Source of the DNA: Patescibacteria group bacterium
GTDB taxonomy: Bacteria; Patescibacteriota; Patescibacteriia; UBA1558; GWA2-36-10
DNA: 64,000 nucleotides
NCBI GenBank assembly: GCA_018819405.1
Contig: JAHJQF010000001.1
Location: 290,097-354,096 of the forward strand
Direction: 5' to 3'
The notes under the pieces are model-generated. The model was not told the DNA's origin, searched no databases, and saw nothing but the letters and a program-made list of their open reading frames with translations. A program made the position numbers and the translations under genes. This document shows, in pieces, positions 57,988 to 64,000 of the stretch (its first letter is position 1; each line of letters starts with the position of its first letter).

Positions 57988-58296
57988 TCTTTTAGCTTAT
58001 AATCAAGATCCGTAATGGACACCAATCAAAGATTCCCAGTTTTATTGGGGATTTTTGTTTGATTAAAATATGGTATAATCCAGAGTGTTATTAAAATAAA
58101 ATTATAAAATTATTAATTGTAATATTTGTTTTGATTGTAATATTTTTATTGTTGCTATCAATGGGTTTGCTTTCTAGGTATGATCTTGGTCCAGAAGAAA
58201 TACTTTTAAAATTATTTGGCAATTAAATTTATATAAACCTATTTTTGTTTTGAGTTTTTTGATATAATAAGCTTAATATTATTTAAACTAAAAAAC

Positions 58297-58920
58297 ATGG
58301 ATGTAAAAAATAGTCCGGCGAAACATTTTATTGTTAGTTTTTTTTCACTGTGCTTTGTTCTTATTATGCATTTTTTGTTTAATATAGAATGGACAACATC
58401 TTTTGCTCGTACGGCCTTTATTCTCTTATTTATTATTCTCATTATTGGACCTTTATTTAGAATAAAAGTTCCCAGCAAAAAAATGTCCCCGATGATGAAT
58501 CCATGGAGCTGGCGTGGTGAATTAGGTATTTGGTTTACTATTATGGCCTTAGCTCATTTTATATTACTACTTATTGAGCAACCACTTACCCAACTAATAA
58601 AAATAGGTGGATCTGGATATAGCCTGACAAATTTTATTGGCTTAATTGCTTTGATTATATCAATAATATTATCCTTTGCTTCTTTGGGAAAAGTAATTAA
58701 ATTTTTGGGTGTTATATCATGGAAAGTATTGCATAGTCTGACTTATGTAGTTTTTTATCTAGTTGCTTCTCATTTGATTTATTTTCAATTTTTCTCAAGC
58801 TATGGAAAAGTAGGTCCTGATTGGTTTGGGTGGATATCGGTGGTTGCTATGACTTTAGTCGTTATATTACAAATAATAGCTTTTGTTAAAATAGTTACTA
58901 AACAAAACAAAATTCGATGA
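58297..58920 (+). CDS. Ferric-reductase-like TM protein (MsrQ/YedZ-like)
   Basis: WRGELG...H; WKVLHSLTY...H. Confidence 0.75.
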   Translation: MDVKNSPAKHFIVSFFSLCFVLIMHFLFNIEWTTSFARTAFILLFIILIIGPLFRIKVPSKKMSPMMNPWSWRGELGIWFTIMALAHFILLLIEQPLTQLIKIGGSGYSLTNFIGLIALIISIILSFASLGKVIKFLGVISWKVLHSLTYVVFYLVASHLIYFQFFSSYGKVGPDWFGWISVVAMTLVVILQIIAFVKIVTKQNKIR

Positions 58921-59071
58921 TATAATTTAATCCTAAGGTTTTAAACTTATTCCACCTCCTCATTTCACTGCTACGTTGGGAGGTGGGTTGCGGTAATATT
59001 ATTTTAATCAAAGCATTCCTTTTCTAGGGGATGGTTTTTTGATATACTGAATATGTTATTAAAATAAAAAT

Positions 59072-59989
59072 ATGAAACTATTTAAAAATCAAAAAGGATT
59101 CAATGATGTAGTTACTATCACTATATTAGGAGGAATAATAGGAGCTTTATTCATTCTAGGAGTATTTGTCTGGAAAGAGATAGATAAACAAAATACTCTC
59201 AATGATTTGTATAATAAGTTGTCTGGCGTTGTTAAGGTTGAGGAAGAAAAAGTTGAAGTAGAGGAAGAATGGTTAACTTATACTAGTGAAGAATTGGGTT
59301 TTAGTTTTGATTATCCAAGTAAACTCGGTGTATTTAATTTAAACATTTATAAAGATTTAGAATTAAATGAAGGGTCTGGTGCTACGGGTAGCTCTTTTAT
59401 TGCTTTTGATGAAAATAAAAATATTTACTTTGGAGGTGCTAGCGATAATTTTTCTGCGGGTAGAGGGGCATCTTTATTAGACTCCAGAGGTTATATATTA
59501 AAAGACGATAATTATTTTTTAAAATTATATACATTAGATAGAGACCCAATTTCTATAGAGCCAGTGAAAATTATAAATACAAACGATGGCACAGAAATAT
59601 TATTGTTAAAAAAAGATTCATTTGATTCTCCACAACTTTTAATAGATGATAACGAAGTGGTAGCTGTTATTAACCTTAATAATAATACATTTAAGGGCAT
59701 AATTTTCAGAGATTCAGATTGGGGTTTATTTTCACAAGAAGAATTTGAAGAAATGTTAATTAGTTTTAAATTTTTAGATAATAATATGGCTATTGATTAC
59801 TGTGAGTCAGACGACGATTGTGTGCCGGCCACATGTTGCCACCCTACAAGGGTCGTAAATAAAAATTATGCACCTGACTGTGCAGCTGTAGCTTGTACAT
59901 TCTCTTGTGAGGGACCGTTAGATTGTGGTGCTGGGCATCCTGCATGTGAAAATAATAAATGTGTAATTGCTGAAGGTCGCTTAGAATAG
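59072..59989 (+). CDS. Prepilin-like N-terminus + variable surface domain + Cys-rich tail
   Basis: NQKGF + TM helix shared with 51755; CESDDDCVPATCCHP. Confidence 0.65.
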   Translation: MKLFKNQKGFNDVVTITILGGIIGALFILGVFVWKEIDKQNTLNDLYNKLSGVVKVEEEKVEVEEEWLTYTSEELGFSFDYPSKLGVFNLNIYKDLELNEGSGATGSSFIAFDENKNIYFGGASDNFSAGRGASLLDSRGYILKDDNYFLKLYTLDRDPISIEPVKIINTNDGTEILLLKKDSFDSPQLLIDDNEVVAVINLNNNTFKGIIFRDSDWGLFSQEEFEEMLISFKFLDNNMAIDYCESDDDCVPATCCHPTRVVNKNYAPDCAAVACTFSCEGPLDCGAGHPACENNKCVIAEGRLE

Positions 59990-60017
59990 AGGTTTATATA
60001 TTATTGTAAATAAAGTT

Positions 60018-60764
60018 ATGAAAGCAGAAGAAATAAAAAAAGTAGTTCAAGATAATTACGGCCAATTAGCCAAACAATCTACCGGTTGTGGTTGCAAATG
60101 TAGTTGCAGTTCAGATACTAGTCAAACAATTTCCAAAAGCATTGGTTATTCGGATGAAGATATAGAGTCTGTGCCCGAGGCTAATATGGGTTTGGGTTGT
60201 GGCAATCCAATTGCTATTGGCAACATCAAAGAAGGAGATGTTGTTTTGGATCTTGGCTCGGGAGCAGGTTTTGATGCTTTTTTGGCCGCCAAAAAAGTTG
60301 GCAAAACTGGCAAGGTTATTGGCGTGGATATGACCCAAGAAATGATTGCCAAAGCTACTATATTGGCCAACAAGTATAAATATCAGAATGTAGAATTCAA
60401 ATTGGGGGAAATTGAAAACCTACCAATAGAGGACAATTCTATTGATATTATCATTAGTAATTGTGTGATAAATTTGGCGCCAGATAAATTAAAAGTATTT
60501 CAGGAAGCTTATCGAGTTTTAAAGCTAGGTGGAAAAATGTATATTTCCGATATTGTTTTACTTGAAGAACTATCAGAAGAGCAAAAAAACAATAAAGACT
60601 TGATAGCCGGCTGTGTGGGGGGCGCTCTTTTAAAAGATATTTATATTGCCAAAGTAAAACAAGCTGGTTTGCAGGTAAAAATTTTAGGAGAAAACAAAGA
60701 AATTAGTAAAGAGCAATATCATGGCATTCCACTGGAAAGTCTATCTTTAGAGATTAGTAAATAG
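60018..60764 (+). CDS. arsM: Arsenite S-adenosylmethyltransferase
   Basis: GLGCGNP, LDLGSGAGFD, ISNCVINL, GCVGGA. Confidence 0.88.
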   Translation: MKAEEIKKVVQDNYGQLAKQSTGCGCKCSCSSDTSQTISKSIGYSDEDIESVPEANMGLGCGNPIAIGNIKEGDVVLDLGSGAGFDAFLAAKKVGKTGKVIGVDMTQEMIAKATILANKYKYQNVEFKLGEIENLPIEDNSIDIIISNCVINLAPDKLKVFQEAYRVLKLGGKMYISDIVLLEELSEEQKNNKDLIAGCVGGALLKDIYIAKVKQAGLQVKILGENKEISKEQYHGIPLESLSLEISK

Positions 60765-60816
60765 CTTAAATTAAAAAACTATTCTAAACAGAATGGTTTT
60801 TTGATATACTTAATTT

Positions 60817-61905
60817 ATGAAAAAATTATTTTTGTTATTATTACTAATTTTACCAATTTTTTCCTTTGCTCAGGAACAAGTAAGAGAAGAAATGTTTAAG
60901 GCTCGTGTTATTGAGGTTGTTGATCAAAAAGAAATCACTGATGAAGCCGGTAGTATTATACAGCAAAATTTAAAATTAAAAGGTTTGGATGGCAGCTTTG
61001 AAGGCAAAGAAATATTTTTTGAGGGAATTAGTGAATTTCAAATTCTATCATCTCATACTTATAAATTAGGCGACAAGGTTATAGTTAGTTATAGTCAAGA
61101 TGTTGGAGGAAATGACGTATTTTTTATTTTGGATTATGATAGAAGTGGTCCTATTATATGGTTGGCTATAATTTTTATTTTTAGTGTTTTAGCTATTGGT
61201 AGATGGAAAGGGTTCCGTTCGTTGATTGCTTTGGCACTTAGTTTTTTGGTGATTTTAAAATTTATAATTCCCCAGATACTCAATGGAGCCAATCCAGTCA
61301 TGATTAGTGTCGTAGGGGCAATCATGATTTTGATTTTTGCTATTTATTTTACCCAAGGTATAAATAAAAAAGCTCATATAGCCAACTTATCACTGGTTAT
61401 TTCTTTGCTTTTTATAGCCTTACTGTCATTCTGGTTTACAAAGTTGGCTCAATTGACTGGCTATTCAGAGGAAGCTTCTTATTTGGTAGGTATAAATCAA
61501 GGTAGTTTAAACTTACAGGGTTTATTGTTGGCGGGCATACTAATTGGTACTTTGGGAGTTTTGGATGATGTAATAATAAGTCAAGTATCTACCGTAGAGC
61601 AACTGAAGCAGGCTAATCCTCAGTTGACTAATAAGCAGATATATACCAGAAGTTTGAAAGTGGGCATTGATCATATTAGCTCTATGATAAATACTTTATT
61701 TTTTGCTTACGCTGGGGCTTCTTTACCTTTGCTTATGTTGTTTACCCAAAGTGATATTAGTGGTCTTAGTTTTTCTCAAATAGTGAATAATGAGTTTATT
61801 GCTACCGAGATAATTAGAACATTATTGGGTAGTATAGGTATTATATTATCTGTTCCTATTGCCAATTATTTGGCCAGTTATTTTTTGAAATCAGAAAAAC
61901 TTTAG
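60817..61905 (+). CDS. YibE/F family membrane protein
   Basis: LGVLDDV, GIDHISSMINTLFFAYAG, EIIRTL. Confidence 0.88.
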   Translation: MKKLFLLLLLILPIFSFAQEQVREEMFKARVIEVVDQKEITDEAGSIIQQNLKLKGLDGSFEGKEIFFEGISEFQILSSHTYKLGDKVIVSYSQDVGGNDVFFILDYDRSGPIIWLAIIFIFSVLAIGRWKGFRSLIALALSFLVILKFIIPQILNGANPVMISVVGAIMILIFAIYFTQGINKKAHIANLSLVISLLFIALLSFWFTKLAQLTGYSEEASYLVGINQGSLNLQGLLLAGILIGTLGVLDDVIISQVSTVEQLKQANPQLTNKQIYTRSLKVGIDHISSMINTLFFAYAGASLPLLMLFTQSDISGLSFSQIVNNEFIATEIIRTLLGSIGIILSVPIANYLASYFLKSEKL

Positions 61906-62002
61906 GTATATAAAATATAGATGATTGATATTTTAGATTGGTGGTTTATAGCTATAGACTATTTATGAAGTGTGATATACTATATATATTAATAAAAATA
62001 TT

Positions 62003-62545
62003 ATGGTAATGAAAAAAAATCAGGCGTCCCAGGACATATTTACTGAGACAGGTAGACATATTATAAATCAATCTGTAGCCATACTCTGTGATGGAAATAA
62101 TATTGAAAGAAGTATTCATGATATTTCCAAAAATCAAAATGCCATGATTGATTTTGATAAGGTCATACCCAAACTATTAAATGGTAGGGGTCTAAATAGG
62201 TTGTTATATTTTCGTGAGGGCAAATCTATCTCTTCCAAATTTGCCGAAAGACTGCACGAAAATTATTATGGCTCAGTTATACCATGTCATAAATCAGCTG
62301 ATATTCCTCTGACAATCAAAGCTACTCAGCTATCCTCAAAGGTGGATACTATCATCATAATGTCAGGTGATTCTGATTATGTAGATTTGGTGGATCACCT
62401 AAAGGGCGAAGGTGTAAGAGTAGAGATAGCAGCTGTCAAAAAAACCGCTGCAAAGATACTTATTGATGAAGCAGATTATTTTTATGAGATTACCAAGGAA
62501 GACTGGTTTGTTTATAAGGCTCCAAACAAATATAGCAATAGGTGA
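62003..62545 (+). CDS. NYN-domain (LabA/DUF88) PIN-fold protein
   Basis: DGNN...SGDSDY. Confidence 0.85.
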   Translation: MVMKKNQASQDIFTETGRHIINQSVAILCDGNNIERSIHDISKNQNAMIDFDKVIPKLLNGRGLNRLLYFREGKSISSKFAERLHENYYGSVIPCHKSADIPLTIKATQLSSKVDTIIIMSGDSDYVDLVDHLKGEGVRVEIAAVKKTAAKILIDEADYFYEITKEDWFVYKAPNKYSNR

Positions 62546-62619
62546 TAGTATAAATGAGATATTATAGAGAGTATATAAAAATCATTCCAAAGTGGATGAT
62601 TTCTTGGTATAATATATTT

Positions 62620-64000
62620 ATGATAATGAGAAAAATTTTTCTTATCTTAGGATTATTAATATCAACTTATCTTTTTACTGCATCTGTCATCGGCTATGCA
62701 GCTGATGACAATTTGAGTAATAGACTCAAAGGCTATGTTCTTCTTCAAGTAGAAGAACATGGCGAAGCTTGGTATGTAGAGCCTAATGATGCCAAAAGAA
62801 TATACATGAAAAATGGAAACGTTGCCTATGATGTTATGGGTGATTTTGGTCTAGGAATTACTAATGCTGACTTAGCTAAAATACCAGTAGGCTTTGAAGA
62901 TAGATTTTTTTGTATTGATAATGACAACGATGGATTATGCAATAAATTAGAAGAAGGTTTAGAAACAGATATTAATAATCCAGATTCTGACGGCGATGGG
63001 TATACTGACAGGATAGAAATAGAAAGCTTATATAATCCTTTGGGAGAAAGTAAGATAAAATATGATTATCAACTGGCTAACAGACTAAGAGGTTATATAG
63101 TTTTGCAGGTAGAAAAAAATGGTCAAGCTTGGTATATCAATCCCCAAGATGCCAAAAGATATTATATGACGGATGGCGAAGCCGCTTATCAAATTATGCG
63201 CTATTTATCATTGGGAATCACTAATGCAGATTTGGCTAAAATAGATATATCAGACTACAAAATAGTAGAAGATATTCCGGCTCCAACTCAATATTGTGGA
63301 GATAATATTTGCAACAACAACGAAACATGTAATACCTGCGCGCCTGATTGTGGAGTGTGTCAAGCTGCAGTTTGTGGTAACAACAAAAAAGAAGCAGGTG
63401 AAGAGTGTGATGGCAGTCAAGGTGTAGCAGAAGGTTATATTTGTAATAGTAGTTGCCAACTTGAACAGATAACAGATACTCCTGAATGTGGCAACAATAT
63501 ATTAGAAACTGGAGAAGAGTGCGATGGTACAGCAGGCATAAGTCAGGGCTATGTTTGTAATAATTTTTGTAATTTGGAAGCCGTCTCATATTGCGGTGAT
63601 GGAGCTTGTGATTTTCCTAGTGAAGACCAAAGTAGTTGCTCGGCTGATTGCAGTTTGGAGGGGCCAGAGGATCTTTTTAATATGGATGACATGCTAGATG
63701 TTTCAACATTAAATACTCAGATAAAAGATGTTTATACTGTGTTTACTGATTTAGGAGAATTGAGAGCAGCAGATGTACAATATTATGTAGGTAATTGGTA
63801 CGGAGTTGATATATATAATACTGGCACAGTTTATTTTCCGAGAAACATCCCAACTCAAAATCTTGGCAAAGCAGCTATAATGCAAGGTTATTCTAAAGAT
63901 GTCCAGACCGGCCCCAATTTTCTAGAAGATTTTGCTCAAAATACTGCTTTGATTTTTGGAATTCCTGTTTATTCATGTTCTTGTGGTTATCCGGCCGAAA
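62620..64000 (+). CDS. Secreted surface protein, partial (runs off the window); not in the ORF track
   Basis: Signal peptide; two LxGYxxLQVExxGxAWY repeats; DSDGDG; Cys-rich CGN...EECDG repeats. Confidence 0.75.
   Translation, partial: MIMRKIFLILGLLISTYLFTASVIGYAADDNLSNRLKGYVLLQVEEHGEAWYVEPNDAKRIYMKNGNVAYDVMGDFGLGITNADLAKIPVGFEDRFFCIDNDNDGLCNKLEEGLETDINNPDSDGDGYTDRIEIESLYNPLGESKIKYDYQLANRLRGYIVLQVEKNGQAWYINPQDAKRYYMTDGEAAYQIMRYLSLGITNADLAKIDISDYKIVEDIPAPTQYCGDNICNNNETCNTCAPDCGVCQAAVCGNNKKEAGEECDGSQGVAEGYICNSSCQLEQITDTPECGNNILETGEECDGTAGISQGYVCNNFCNLEAVSYCGDGACDFPSEDQSSCSADCSLEGPEDLFNMDDMLDVSTLNTQIKDVYTVFTDLGELRAADVQYYVGNWYGVDIYNTGTVYFPRNIPTQNLGKAAIMQGYSKDVQTGPNFLEDFAQNTALIFGIPVYSCSCGYPAE

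Noticed and set aside
63236-63589. Minus-strand ORFs near the right end
   Set aside because: Antisense to the partial surface-protein gene starting at 62620.

Overview
AT-rich bacterial DNA, genetic code 11. The gene content and repeat families suggest Patescibacteria/CPR (Parcubacteria-ABY1-like); this is inference. The window has three zones. (1) 1-17729 is an integron-like locus. A tyrosine recombinase (16863-17729, +) that lacks the IntI-specific insertion sits divergent from an attI-like site (about 16775-16800) and at least 11 complete cassettes plus one partial. The attC-like sites are 191-1033 bp branched hairpins with covarying R/L boxes. Nine of 11 carry a whole gene inside a hairpin arm, and every other gene segment is also closed by its own inverted repeat. 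This is the candidate undescribed system. Cargo includes an RM enzyme, HEPN-like and PD-(D/E)XK proteins, NUDIX hydrolases and a nucleotidyltransferase. (2) 17786-41600 is housekeeping: nrdJ, a beta-CASP RNase, ahpC, sod, iscU/iscS, ferredoxin, 2-oxoacid:ferredoxin oxidoreductase, surface proteins, a histidine kinase, rpe, rpiB and an ABC transporter, with scattered small palindromic repeats. (3) 41640-64000 holds tRNA-Arg and tRNA-His followed by a second variable region. Its units are separated by degenerate copies of the tRNA-His 3' end plus a hairpin, promoter and leader, and it includes a GC-rich aminosugar-like biosynthetic operon. All calls come from reading the sequence by eye; no searches or folding programs were run.
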